Source: Eledone cirrhosa
Lineage: Eukaryota
Reading direction: 5' to 3'
DNA length: 64,000 nt
NCBI GenBank assembly: GCA_964016885.1
Contig: OZ024740.1
Location: 128,650,001 to 128,714,000 of the forward strand
Of the stretch, positions 40,862 to 54,469 are shown in pieces. Each line of letters opens with the position of its first letter. The stretch's first letter is position 1. Under the pieces are notes generated by a model. It did not search any database, was not told the DNA's origin, and saw nothing but the letters and a program-made list of their open reading frames with translations. The position numbers and the translations under genes are program-made.

Positions 40862-43800
40862 ATGACCTCACTCAGAATAGGCAGCATAAATGCGCGTGGC
40901 TTGGGGTCGTCATGGAAGCAGGGTCACCTGCTCAACGACCTCAGGTCACTAAACATAGATGTAGTGGCCATCAGCGAGACCAGAATCTCCGAAGCACGGG
41001 CCTTCGCACCGATCTTCGGCGGCTACGATGTGTACGCATCTCCCAGCCGTCCTGGATCGGGTGGAGGAGTTGCTGTGCTTTTTCGGAGAGGTTTGGATCT
41101 CGCCATACGGGCCATCTTCCTGGACCCAGAGGGTAAGCTGGTGGTGCTGGACGTGACCAGCGGAGACGGGCAAGCTTTCAGGCTAGTGGCCGTCTATGCC
41201 CCGACAGGAGCAGGGCGGCCTGATTTCTTCCGGCGTCTGGAGACCTTTCTTGGAACGTCCCGCTCTTTAGTGTTAGTGGGCGACTGGAACGGGATCTTAG
41301 ATGCACGCTGGGACTGTGTGGGATTAGCGGATAGGGGTGGAGGGTGCAAGAGCCTCACCAACCTGCTCAGGCGTTTTGAACTGTCTGACAGGTACCGATT
41401 GGATTTCCCGAATGTGCCAATGTGGACTTGGACAAACCGCATAGGGTCATCCAGATCATATCTAGATAGAGTATTTTGTAGGGAAATAGATAGGTCTAGC
41501 ATAGGCTGTCCACAATTCAAGATAGTCAGCTACACGGACCACAAATTCGTGATCTGTGTGCTTGACTTAGATAGGCTTCATAGACGAGGACCCGGCTACT
41601 GGAAGCTAAACGCGTCCTTACCAGCGCGCAAGGCCTACAGAGACCGGATTAGCGAACTAGTTAAGCGGGCGTTGACGGGGGCCATCGTCAACAACAAGTG
41701 GTGGTTTGCTCTGAAAAGAGCGATTAGAATAGAATCGATTAGGTTTAGTAAGGCTTTAGCAATAGAGAAAAATAGAGCAGAGGGAGAACTAGTTAGAAAA
41801 TTAGACGAGGCGCTTAGCAAAGGCATTGCGACCGACGTGCTTGCGGCGAAATTGGCCCTTGACCAATTCTTCAATGCAAAGCACGAAGGCTGCGTTGTCA
41901 GAGCTAGGGTGCGTGCTCTCAGACACGAGGGGACGAAAGCCGTTCAATGGGCCCGAGTGGCGGAGGCGCATCGTGGCAACAAAGCCACGATCCGGTCTTT
42001 GGTGGACCACGACGGGCGCATGCTACTCGATCCCGGGCAAATGTGTGAAGCTTTTCAGCGACACTTCGCTCAGCTGTTCGGGGGCAGCGGGGGGCCGGGT
42101 AGAGGGATGGACTTTAGTGTCTACCTCGACGGACTGCCGCGGCTCTCGGCCACTGAGGCAAAGTGTTGCGAAAAGCCGATAACAGCCGCTGAAGTAAGGG
42201 AGGCAATGACTGGCTGCACAAGGGGTAAATCGCCTGGTTTGGATGGTCTGCCCTATGAACTTTACGTACAGATGCCAGACTTGTTCGGAGGCCTCTTGGC
42301 GGACGTCTACTGCAACTGGCAACAGAACGGGAGAATTCCCAGTTCTGTGAGCCGAGGAGCGGTGGCACTGCTGAGAAAGGATCCGAACAAGGGGGATAAC
42401 ATAGACAATTTCCGGCCCATAACTCTGCTAAACACAGAGTTTAAGATTTTGGCCAAGGTGCTAGCAAAGAGGTTGGCGCTTGTCGTTGGTGGTCTGGTGG
42501 GAGAGGCGCAGACATGCGCCATTCCCGACAGATCCATCCACGACAACCTCCACCTCATGCGATACATCGTAGAGAGGGTAGCTAGGGAACCTGGCACGGG
42601 TGGGTCCTTGATCAATTTAGATCAGTCGAAAGCTTTCGATAGGGTCGACCATCGTTACCTAGCGGCAGTCCTGAGGGCGGCTGGCTTTGGGCCCGTCTTC
42701 AGAGGCTGGATCGCTGCCATGCACAGCGACATCTGCTCTGTGGTGAGAGTGAACGGTCACCTGTCGGAACCGTTCAACATCATGCGCTCGGTCCGCCAAG
42801 GATGTCCCCTCTCGTCCCTATTGTACGTATTGACTCTCGAGCCATTACTGCACAAACTGGAGACGTTGAGGGGGGTCCCGCGCGAACTAGGATGCGGAAG
42901 ATCCGTATCAGCATATGCGGACGATGTCACCGTAGTGGTGTCGAACGCCAAACACATCGAGGCGATCGGCACTACACTAAGAGAATACGAAGCGGTGACA
43001 GGAGCAATGATCAACCAGGAGAAGTCAGTGGGCCTGCAGCTCGGCACCTGGAGAGGCAGGTCCATGCCGTCCAACAGCGTCGTCGGACGCTGGACGGACG
43101 GACCGGTTAAATTGCTAGGGGTCTGGTTCGGTCCGGACCTCCAGACGGACAAAAACTGGGACGAGGTGACGAGCAGGGTGGCTTCTCTCACCCAGAAATG
43201 GGCGGAGAGGAAGCTATCCCTGAAAGGTCGAGCGGAGGTGGCTAACGCGTACATCGCGTCTGTCATCTGCTACCGCCTAACCGTCGTACCTTGTCCTAAG
43301 CCTCGCCTGACTGCGCTGGAGCGTTTGCTCTTTCGCTTTTTGTGGAAGGGACGTGCTCCGATGGTCAGGCGGTCCATCTGTTGTCAACACCCGCTACGTG
43401 GAGGGCTGGGCATGCCGTGGCTGATGATGCGCAGGCACGCGCTCAGGCTACGACATCTCCACCTCTTCCTCGACGGTGATCAGGTGTGGTCGCCGTTTGC
43501 TAGACGCGTTTTTCCCCAGCTCGTTTCCTTGACGGAGCTGCAGTCCTGGGTCAAGCGAAGACCGAGAGGGAGCGCCTGGAGACTGGAATGTCTTCAGGCG
43601 CTCACAGCCCTCGACCAATCGGGCAATGTGATCGGTGGAAACTCCACCTCGGCGTTCTATAGAGGATTAGTGGAGGGGAAGAGCGACGACGTACTTGGGG
43701 AAACTCTAGGCGTCGACGAAAATCAACTAGCCAATCTCTTCGGAAGAACTTTCGGGCCGGGGCCTATGGACAACTTCCAGAAACCTCTGGCCTGGCAGTG

Positions 43801-44281
43801 CTACCGAGGAGCCTTGCCAGTTCGGGATAAACTCTACAGGCATGGAGGTGCCGTCAGCCGGGCATGTCCGAGATGCGCGCAGGGCGACGAAACCGTCCTG
43901 CACGCACTCGTCCAGTGTCCGAAAATTGCTGACTTGTGGGTTTATGTCGAACACCTGCTGTCGCGTTTAGGACGGATCCAGCTATCATCTGAGTCTATCG
44001 TGAGGATTGCCCCGCCCTCCTCCTTTAGCCGGAAAGGGCAGGCAGTTTTTATCTGTCTGGTGGCCATGGCGAAAGAGATAGTATGGTGGACACGTTTGAA
44101 AGGGCTGAAGACGAGCACTTACCTCTTCGGTGATGCTCTGATTGACTTTTTCAAATTTCATTTGAAAAGGAAAATCAGAGTAGAGAGGGAAGTGCTCTCT
44201 TCCCAGCATTTTGTTGAAAGATGGGTGAGAGAAGCAAGAATGGCCCGAGTGAATGGGCCGACTCTGAGTATATATCTGTAA
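40862..44281 (+). CDS. LINE ORF2 protein (APE endonuclease, reverse transcriptase, C-terminal Cys/His motif), 1139 aa
   Basis: SINARGL, ISET, VYAP, GDWN, YLDR and TDH (APE); KSPGLDGL, FRPITLLN, DQSKAFDRV, VRQGCPLS and AYADD (RT); CPRC..ETVLHALVQC. Confidence 0.96.
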   Translation: MTSLRIGSINARGLGSSWKQGHLLNDLRSLNIDVVAISETRISEARAFAPIFGGYDVYASPSRPGSGGGVAVLFRRGLDLAIRAIFLDPEGKLVVLDVTSGDGQAFRLVAVYAPTGAGRPDFFRRLETFLGTSRSLVLVGDWNGILDARWDCVGLADRGGGCKSLTNLLRRFELSDRYRLDFPNVPMWTWTNRIGSSRSYLDRVFCREIDRSSIGCPQFKIVSYTDHKFVICVLDLDRLHRRGPGYWKLNASLPARKAYRDRISELVKRALTGAIVNNKWWFALKRAIRIESIRFSKALAIEKNRAEGELVRKLDEALSKGIATDVLAAKLALDQFFNAKHEGCVVRARVRALRHEGTKAVQWARVAEAHRGNKATIRSLVDHDGRMLLDPGQMCEAFQRHFAQLFGGSGGPGRGMDFSVYLDGLPRLSATEAKCCEKPITAAEVREAMTGCTRGKSPGLDGLPYELYVQMPDLFGGLLADVYCNWQQNGRIPSSVSRGAVALLRKDPNKGDNIDNFRPITLLNTEFKILAKVLAKRLALVVGGLVGEAQTCAIPDRSIHDNLHLMRYIVERVAREPGTGGSLINLDQSKAFDRVDHRYLAAVLRAAGFGPVFRGWIAAMHSDICSVVRVNGHLSEPFNIMRSVRQGCPLSSLLYVLTLEPLLHKLETLRGVPRELGCGRSVSAYADDVTVVVSNAKHIEAIGTTLREYEAVTGAMINQEKSVGLQLGTWRGRSMPSNSVVGRWTDGPVKLLGVWFGPDLQTDKNWDEVTSRVASLTQKWAERKLSLKGRAEVANAYIASVICYRLTVVPCPKPRLTALERLLFRFLWKGRAPMVRRSICCQHPLRGGLGMPWLMMRRHALRLRHLHLFLDGDQVWSPFARRVFPQLVSLTELQSWVKRRPRGSAWRLECLQALTALDQSGNVIGGNSTSAFYRGLVEGKSDDVLGETLGVDENQLANLFGRTFGPGPMDNFQKPLAWQCYRGALPVRDKLYRHGGAVSRACPRCAQGDETVLHALVQCPKIADLWVYVEHLLSRLGRIQLSSESIVRIAPPSSFSRKGQAVFICLVAMAKEIVWWTRLKGLKTSTYLFGDALIDFFKFHLKRKIRVEREVLSSQHFVERWVREARMARVNGPTLSIYL

Positions 44282-44541
44282 ACTAAAGGTGGAAAACTGG
44301 GAGAGGGCACTTGCCTTGGTGGTCAGGGTCATTGTGGCTTTTTACTGGGCTTTCTCCACAAATGTCCCTCCGAAGTCTCCCCCCTATTGGGGAATTTTTC
44401 ATTGTTATTTTCATTGTTATTTTTGTTACATCCTCTGTTTTTGTTTTTTTACACGCAGAAATGCCTATTTGTACCGTCCTGCATTGTCCTGCACTGTCCT
44501 TAATGTCTACTTTATGTAAACCCTTGTGGTTAATAAAGAAA

Positions 44542-44591
<50 letters not shown>

Positions 44592-45610
44592 GTATTATTA
44601 ATATTATTATTATTATTATCATCATCATCTTCATCGTTATTATCATCATCATCGCCATTATTATTTGTGTCTTATGTAGAAAGACGTGTGCCTTTGTCTC
44701 TCTGTAGAATTTCATATATAAGCGTTGGTGAAGAAAAATATGTCTTTTTAGATATTTCATTTAGAAATTATTTCCTTAAGGTTTTTCGATAGCTCTCTCA
44801 TACAGTCTCCTAAAAAATGTTTGTCATTTTTAATCTTTTTCTACATGCACATTTTCTTTTCGCATTTAACCTGAAAATATCTAACACTCGTATCAGTGAT
44901 AACATCCTGCACACAAACCGAGTGTGGTGAAGAGTTCTGCCTAGTCGAACTCTTTGTTTAAGAAAAACGGACTGCGAGAAAATGAAACTGATCGCTGCAC
45001 CCTGAACAGCAGAAAAAACAGTTGAATATAGCCTTAGCCGATGTGTAGAATGACATATATTTGGTTAATCCAAGACGCTATGGAACCATATACGCTATTT
45101 TCAAAACGGCGGAACAAATTTCAGGGACGGTAGACCGGGTACAGCAAAGCAAAATAGAAAAACAAAGATGGAGTCAAGATTAATGGAAACCGAGAATATT
45201 AGGTAATATAAATACCTCCTCCACAAAAATGAAATCCACATTTTTTTGTAAAAAGAAAAACAAAGCAAAGAGTTAATGGGATACTTAAATAGGTTACATG
45301 AAGGTTTCGAAAAAAAACAACTCCGACTATGTTGAGTATGGGCGTTTCCTCCAATATGGTCACATGTGCGAAAAGATTGGATGCTAAAATATTGTACGAA
45401 GTTGGAAATTGCTCTATATTCTGGTAGAAGTTGTTTGCACATATTTAGCCAACAATTTGATATTTTCGCAGCTTCAATTGTCACCGGGACGGATTGGTAA
45501 AATAAGTACTTGTAACGCGCTGGCATCGATTTAATCGACATTTGCCTACTCCAAAATGTCGGCCTTGTGCCTAAATGAGAAACCATTATTACGCTTAGTA
45601 ATACTGGTTA

Positions 45611-45770
45611 GGTGGATTGGCAGTATCGGTAGAGGGTCGGACGCCATGCTTTCCAGCATAGTTACGTCCCTTTACGATCTAGTTCAAATCCCGCCGAGGT
45701 CGATAAAATAAAGTACCAGTAATGCACTGAGTAATTGCTGGCCTTGTGCCTAAAGTAGAAACAATTATTA
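45611..45770 (+). mobile_element. SINE with 19-bp target-site duplication, inserted in the tail of an older SINE (45500-45590)
   Basis: ATTATTACGCTTAGTAATA at 45585-45603 and 45764-45782. Confidence 0.88.
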
Positions 45771-46246
45771 CGCTTAGTAATAGTAGTCTATTTTTATTTG
45801 GTTATGTCATCTTCATACTATCAGCCATCCTGTAACATGTGTGCTTTTACAGTGTTTGTGGGGAGTCGATATTCCTTTTAAAATTTATTTATCGTATCAA
45901 TAGTCTTCTCAAAAATATATTTGCAGAGTCTATTAAAACTGGATGTTCGTCCATGTATGTCATATATGTATGCTCAGGGTTCTTTTGTTTATGCTTATAT
46001 ATTCCTATCACACGCTTTGTAACGTGGATCACTAGTTTTTTCTTTATTTTGTTGTCAAAACCTCACACTTCTAGATTTTCTATAAATTTTCTAGACATTT
46101 TCTTTCTTCTGTTTAGAATATTTCTCTTCTTCTTTTAGACATATTGCTGTCAGCTGAATTTGAAATATCTGCCAGGAGACAGTTTCGTTTTATATAATGT
46201 TGTTTAAGAAAAAAGAATATATGTATGTATGTATGCATGTATGTAA

Positions 46247-46458
<212 letters not shown>

Positions 46459-46945
46459 TATATATATATTATATATATATAAATATAGAGAGAGAAATAG
46501 ATAGATAGATACATATATGTTTGTGTGTGTGCGTGAGAGAGAGAGAGAGGGGTGGAGAATATTTTGTTTGCATGAGACAGTATTTGAGAATATGGTAGAA
46601 CTAGTTGCCTCACCTCTAATATTTACTCAATTCTCAGCATATAAACCTTACATAAACGGTTTGTTTGCAATCACAATCATCGGCCTCATCATACGAACTT
46701 CTACACAATCATTTATGGCAACATCATCTCCCTGAGGTGTTTGTGTGTATGTGTGTGTGCGTGTGCGGGGATTGGTTCTTTTGGAATAAGCTCTGATATT
46801 ACTACTGTTGATTTACTGTTATCTTTGTTTCACACGTAGTTCTTTGTTCTAAGTGATTAGAAGTCACTTGTCTAATATATATGGTGTGTAGGTTGCGATA
46901 TAGTATCAGTTGTGGGTATATTTTCAGTATTGTCGGATAGATAAT

Positions 46946-47127
46946 TGTTTCTACTTTAGGCACACGGCCAGCAATTACACAGTGCATTACTGGTACTTTA
47001 CTTAATCGATCCCGTAAGGATGAAAAGCAAAGTCAACCTCGGCGGGATTTGAAATCAGATAGTAAAGGGACGTACCTCTGCTGGAAAGCATGGCGTCCGA
47101 CCCTCTACCGATACTGCCAATCCACCG
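46946..47127 (-). mobile_element. Full-length SINE with 18-bp TSD
   Basis: TATTGTCGGATAGATAAT at 46928-46945 and 47131-47148. Confidence 0.92.
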
Positions 47128-47940
47128 ACATATTGTCGGATAGATAATGTTTGTAGATATAAGCTTTCTATTTCTATTTATTTATTTGGTGAGAGTTTCC
47201 GTAAAATATGTCCAATTTGTAGATGGATTTGTCAGCTGGATTTTCCGTTTACTACTTTAGATAATGCTTCCAACAAGCTGATAATTATAGAAAATGTACT
47301 AGTGGAATATATCTGTAATATTTCATCCGTCTCCGGGCTCTTGTAAACATATCTGATATCATGCTTTTACACACGTCGTGAGTTACAAATCTCGTAAGAT
47401 AACGTTCGTTTTACCTCTGCTATTTACAAGCTGCTGGGGCTTTATTCTCCGTGATAATTATCTGCAGCAGTTATTAGCCCAGTTGATATATGTCATGATG
47501 CATTTGGAAGTGCTATTTGGAGGTGGTCCAGTAAAGATGCAGCCAATGATTTCAACAAACTGATGAACATTTACTTTTGGATAAATATTTTGCTTTGGTA
47601 TTATTTATACAATGTTTTTCACAAGGAAGCATCGTTTTCGAGCAGAAATAACCTGATCAAACGCGCACTTTTACGCAGACATATAAATGTCTCTTCTTTA
47701 TTAAACCATAATATGTCTTCCATTATTAAACCATAATATTTCTTTCCAGCTGAGTGCCTTGGGTGTATATTTACTCGTGGCATGTACATATATGTACTAA
47801 ATATTCTTGTACATGTGTTCAAGATATTGAATTGTATGTCGTTGGTATCCACCGTTTTGAAACTGCTTGTAATATATTATATTTCCTGTAATGCGTGCAC
47901 ACGGCAAGTTCCCTAGGAAATGCATTATAAACCATCTATA

Positions 47941-47975
<35 letters not shown>

Positions 47976-50209
47976 ATTTAAATTGTATAGGGATATAATA
48001 GTGGTGTAACTAAATGCTGAGTTCTCAAGTCCAATTAGTTTTAAGTATATTTTATCTTAATAGATCTAGCATTAGGGTCTTTTTCAAAGTTTCGTATATC
48101 CCACAGAAGCTATTGTTCACTATTAGGAAAACTAGGGTAGATATTGCTGATATCTTATGTTTGGAATATCATATGATATCAGAAGATATTACTTCCGTAT
48201 TAATGCTGTATTTACTATTTTTCATATTCGAATAGAGATAACAGATTCGAAATATGAGCAGCAGGAAAATAGGAAATTTCTCCGTCATTTTAATATGAAC
48301 AGAGATATAGGCTTGAGCATAGTCTCTGTAGATATGTATGGAAACTGAAAGACCAATGTATGAGCAATCTAGATATTAACTGATTAATAATCGAAGAAAA
48401 ACTCGCAACATAGACAGAGATAAGCAATGTCAATTTTGACCTGTTATGAAATATAAACAAACCCCGGCACAATAGTATTAAAAATGCTAAAATGTAATTG
48501 ATATTGAAATGTTTCGTACGAGAAATCTGAAACAAGTCTCTCACTAAACGTTGATTGACAACGATAAATCCTTAAGAAATGTCTATAAGGGAACATTAGT
48601 CAACTCAAAGAACAGACTTATATACTCCAAGTCCAAGATAACACACACAGTTCGTATTACAATTATTATATACCATTAGATTGTAAGTTTGTATCTGTCA
48701 ATTTGTCTATAAATATCAACTCATGTAGAATGATGAAATCTGTCTTTATTTCCAGACATATGTTATATGAATTTGAAAAAAAGTAGTTTCCATTAAATCG
48801 GATACAAAAAGAACCATAAAACCATAATCATCATAATGATTATCTTTATCATCACCATTGTCAACAATAATATCATAATTTTCATCATCATCAACGTATT
48901 CGCTCTCCTCATCATACTTATCATAATCATAATGATCATCGTCATCATCTACAACAATAAATATAACAACATCTAAAACTACTTTACCAGCCGACACTTG
49001 ACCTCTATATTCGTCTGATATTTGCGATGTTGTACAATAATTGAAATCTACTTCTCCTAAGATGAAAAAGAAATCTAGACCAGAATCAACATTGATTGAT
49101 ATGACAATAAAGCTAAAGGAAGCGATTTTAATGTCAAATATATAGTTAAAAAACGTTGTATCTTTCTCTCCAACAAAAGAAAATCGGAGATTATAATAGT
49201 AGTACCACAGTAATTCCATTACTCTACATCTTAAAACTGATCCTCGTAAAAGAATGTAACATGACAGATTATATAGTGGACGAGTATATTCTGCAGCAAG
49301 TTATCATATTGATAATTTACTTTACAATAGTCCCCTCTGATGATTAGTAATGTACATTAAATATTGCTTTAGGAAAAGAAATACACAAAGATTAATGCTA
49401 GCACGTATCTTCTTACATTCATTTAGTATTTGTATATTCCTAGTACAAAAATTTCTGAATGGTCTGAATAGAAAAACAGTCTAGGTACTTTAAAAGTAAA
49501 GATTTGGTCGGGAATATCAGAGATAAATTCGATTACTATGAACAGAAGTCTTTACTGCATTTTGAAATGATATTGGGGACAAATATTAGTGATGCTATGT
49601 GATGATAAAGGCGTATCTCACTAATCTCAATCTATCTATGATAAGCAACTACCCATCCTGTCTGAGGATCAGATTCGCATCCTCAGCACTTCTACATCTC
49701 ATGATACTCACACTGGAACCTTCTTGAACTCCCGCAGGCGTTGTGGCATTTAACCATACAACAGCATTAGAACCATCCAAGGTTCATTTGTACTATTATC
49801 AATGCCACTTATTGTAGGAAAGGCATTGTATGTGGTCTCATATAGGTCGCAGAGAAAGAGGCTGTTTTATCAAACGATGAAATAATTCCGCATCCTCTGT
49901 TGCACATCACTGTCACCCACATGCTCACATAAATTCCGACAACTATGAGGGTCTTTTACAACTCGGTTCCGTTTTTCACTCTATCACAAGGAACAAACTC
50001 GATTTTCCAAATCGACTGAACAGTTAATTTTAGTATGATGGATGTGGTGATATTTTCTTTAACATTCTTACTTGAGAGCCTCTACCACAAAACATTCTTT
50101 TATTTCCCTCATTAGAACTTTGCATTGTCCAATCCTCAATCTACAGCAAGGCATCCTCTCATCTCCAACCATCCTATAATATTCCAATCATCCACCACTC
50201 TCTCTCTCT

Positions 50210-50278
<69 letters not shown>

Positions 50279-50284
50279 CCTCTA

Positions 50285-50351
<67 letters not shown>

Positions 50352-50400
50352 ATGTGTGTGTGTATCTATATGTATATATGAGAGAGAGAGCATTAGAATT

Positions 50401-50525
<125 letters not shown>

Positions 50526-51276
50526 CACACACATATATATATGTAGTTAATAGTTTTTTTTATTTTACAAAGTTTATAAGATAAGGAATACAACATTAAA
50601 ATCACCCATATTGCTAAGGATTCCAGACGAAAGAAACAGTTATAATTCCGCCAAGACAGTTCTTTAATATAATATAATAAACATATCAACAAACTAAAAT
50701 ACTGCCAATAGCAACGCAAACATACAACGGTGATCGCACTGCTCGAATAAAATAAATATAACCTCCAACATTGCATGATGACCATCATTAATAAGCAAAG
50801 AACAGCCGATGAGAAATGGGCCATTGAGAAAGTAAAACTCAACATCAAAGTATTCGTTTCATTTGTGAAAGGAACAAGTTCACTGTCTCCACGTTTAGCA
50901 CTCTGATTGATGAAAATGGCACTCCCCACGACAATCCTACTAAAACCATGGCTGAGATACTGCAGAAACAATACTGCTCTGTTTTCAGAAATGATATGGC
51001 AGACCAGGCCTGTATCAGTTATGTTAATCTCCAACACACTATATACGACACAAAGTTTGGCGCGCCTGAAGTATTAGCGGGAATAAACTAGATTAAACAC
51101 AACTCAGTAGTTGGCCAAAATTTACATATACATGTATATATATATTTATAGAAAGGATAAAAAAGGACGATTGATTATTCCTTCATTGCATTTATTGATA
51201 GGTGACGCGCGTTTCGCCACTGATCAGCCCAAGGTTCGATCTATATCGATCCTACCCGACTCAATAATCCGCAGCT

Positions 51277-51392
51277 CGACGGACCCTCTTAAAATGCTAT
51301 AAGAAAACGAAATTTCGTTTTCTTATAGCATTTTAAGAGGGTCCGTCGCAAAGTTGTCTCCCTGTGCCGGTGGACATCTTTCCACCGGCACA
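51277..51392. repeat. Perfect 72-bp loopless palindrome followed by a 12-bp-stem hairpin
   Basis: CGACGGACCCTCTTAAAATGCTATAAGAAAACGAAA|TTTCG...GTCG at 51277-51348, then TGTGCCGGTGGA-CATCTT-TCCACCGGCACA at 51363-51392. Confidence 0.92.
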
Positions 51393-51494
51393 AGATACTA
51401 AATTTGATCTCCAAGCAAATGGAACGCAGGTTCCTAATATGTCTCCGTTATAGATTAACTGCCCTTAACAAATACACACACACACACACACACG

Positions 51495-51536
<42 letters not shown>

Positions 51537-54394
51537 CGTCTCCCCCCCCACACACACGCACACACTCACACATATATATATATATATATTTAGTATCTTA
51601 TTTTCGTGTTAGAATTAACAACGTGTAGTATATTAACATGCAAACAGACTAGCATTGGAAGTGTAACATAACCATGACGTACATCCTATTATCGCTTGTT
51701 TCTGATCTGAGACTTTACATACTTAATAATGTGTGTGAAACTTTGGGAAGTATTATTTACGTGTTACTGGTCTGAGGCTTGTATTATCTATTATGAATAC
51801 AAAGCTATTTTATCTTTGTTAGTTCACAACATATACATTCCTGTATCTAAAAATCATAACGCAAAAATGATCATCAAACGTAAGATTTGAACAGTTTATA
51901 TCTACACTGCAGGGGTGTTCATCTAGCTAACAATAATGTGAAAATCCTTCTCTATTTCCTACGGAACTACTACAGTTTACGAAATACATGATAAAAAGGG
52001 CCATATGCTTATTATATGCGTAGGTCGTTTTTATGAAATCTTCCACACTACTTTTGCCTAATATATATTGAAAGATTAAAACTGCGTAAGAACTGGAGTA
52101 CCTGTAATACTTACAACATATTTATATACACTGGGAACGAAGCATTTGAAATATCAGTAGTTAGGTCATTGATGTAGGGAAACGACTAGGAAATGACATT
52201 ATTTCTGATTCCTTGTGTTGGGTTTCGGACACTATCATGTCTATCAGATTTAACGCAACCTGACACCATGGAGAAAGAATGGAGCTGAACAAAATTTATT
52301 TTATATTGCGCATTCTTTGAATCGCACATTGTGCATTTTAAAATGTATTTTTCTTCATTGCATTTTGAGGGAAACATCATATATATAATCAGATCTGAAA
52401 TTGAAATCTTTTGATGGGTAGCGATGATAATTATATTTGACATACTATTGACTACTATAAGATTTGAAACATTAATCATGTACTGCAAGGAAGAATTTGA
52501 CATGTTTACATCAATGGCCAGAAACTCTGAAATTGACATAAATGTTTCAACAAACTTTCATTATTAGACATTTTATTGGACGTGCAGCCATATTGGAAAT
52601 GACGTTGAATATTTGAAATCAATCGCGAAACTTAAATCTGTACAAGACTGAATATTATGTTGCAAAAATATCGCTTCTATTGTTTGCATATCTAAAGTTA
52701 TTCTGGTAGAAATCGTATTAAATTGAATACGCTAAGAAATGTGCTATTACGTTGGGAAGAACTTTAATGTACAAATGAATATTTTTCAGGTAAGGAAAAA
52801 GCGTATCTCTGTAAATATATGTGGATGCGTGTTTATATGTGTCTCATATATTTCAACATATATACGTAGACAGAAAGGAACTACTTTAAGATGTAATCTT
52901 CATGTTGTCTCAATAGATTTGTTCAGGTGATATTATGCCTAATCTAAAAGGTGTACGATCTGTAACTATCCCTTCTCATTAGCAGATACATTATAACTAA
53001 GTTATACATTTCTCACTGTAAGCTTTCCTTTATTTAAGATGATTTAAAGGGTGTTTGGCTGTAATTCCAAGACGATTGTATGACTAGGGAGAGACATAAC
53101 TACTAGCACTTATCTTTTATTAGTTGGGTTAATTTTTTCTTGGTCATGCTCACCCGATATTCCAACACCCTTTTTTTTTTATATACCCAAGCGTATGGTG
53201 AAAAGTATTCTTTACTCCAATAAACACTGAAGGAATGTGCTCATATCACCGTTGTAATATAACGGAACGATTGGTATTGACATATAGCTTCGGCAAAACA
53301 CAACAGTGTCACGAGTAGAAATTAGTGCTAAATGTTTGAGACATTGACACAGAACATTGGTATTGATTATGTAGGAACCGTCAATATTTTGCTCTAAAAT
53401 CTAATAAATAATTTTAGGAGAGTGCTAATCCATTTGTTAGCGATGAAAGATTTTGTTTCCTTTCACAGATAGGACGACATAATTTTTGACGCCAGTTTAT
53501 ACCATGTTACATTATCTCAAAATAAAGAAATACCACAACTTCTATATGATCATCTTCTATCTCTCTTCATGTTGAATCAATGAAAGACATAGGTCATTTC
53601 ATGTTATGTATTTCAAGTGTTAAATTCAAATCTGATGCGCAGACACATAAGATGATTTCTTTCCGTTTCATTACATATCATTGGAGAAAAAAGTATTGAA
53701 AGCGCTGAAGTTCTCTGAACATTCTCTAGGTAACTGATTTATAAGGCCACTGGGGGTTGATATCAATTGAAGACATTAATGATTTCAATATTAGGTTTCA
53801 TGTATAATTTACAGATCTGTGAATATATACATACATATGTACACAAACACGCACTGGCATATAAGACAGGCATATACAATTAATATTCTTTATATTAACT
53901 CGTTCATAAATTGCGTTTGTTTCTGATAAATTATCCTATACATATAGAAGCACACGGACCAAAACAACCAAATACTGAGACACATATGATATAATGAGAC
54001 GTATGTATGCGTATTTGAGTGTATTGGCATGAAAATAAATCGGCTAATGAGAGAGAAGAAACCAAACCCCCTTTGTTTACTGGCTTTCGTTTACGTGTAC
54101 AAAAAAGATTAACTTTAGATATAAGACTGAGTATTATAGAACCGGAACTGTATTAAATCTAATTGAGAGAGAAATAGTATTAAAAGGAGATTATATTACA
54201 TAATAATTATGATATATTGCCAGAATTGTCTATCTTTTCAATATATGTTTTACGATCTCTTGGACTATCATCACTTAAATGCCACACTTATTCACTTGCA
54301 AATTAGTTCCCTCTATCGTAACCCATGTCATCATTGTGCACACACGATGAACAATCCGCATATATATGCATAATATGAATGTAAATAGACAGAC

Positions 54395-54469
<75 letters not shown>

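Larger units (their letters stand above)
38516..44545 (+). mobile_element. Full-length, apparently intact L1/Tx1-clade LINE inserted in (TTA)n
   Basis: 5' UTR of about 215 nt, two uninterrupted ORFs 35 nt apart, 3' UTR ending AATAAAGAAATC followed by (ATT)n, and much higher GC than the flanks. Confidence 0.93.

Noticed and set aside
38835-44332. Antisense and alternate-frame ORFs overlapping the Tx1 ORF1 and ORF2
   Set aside because: They are expected shadows of a GC-rich coding sequence and carry no independent motifs.
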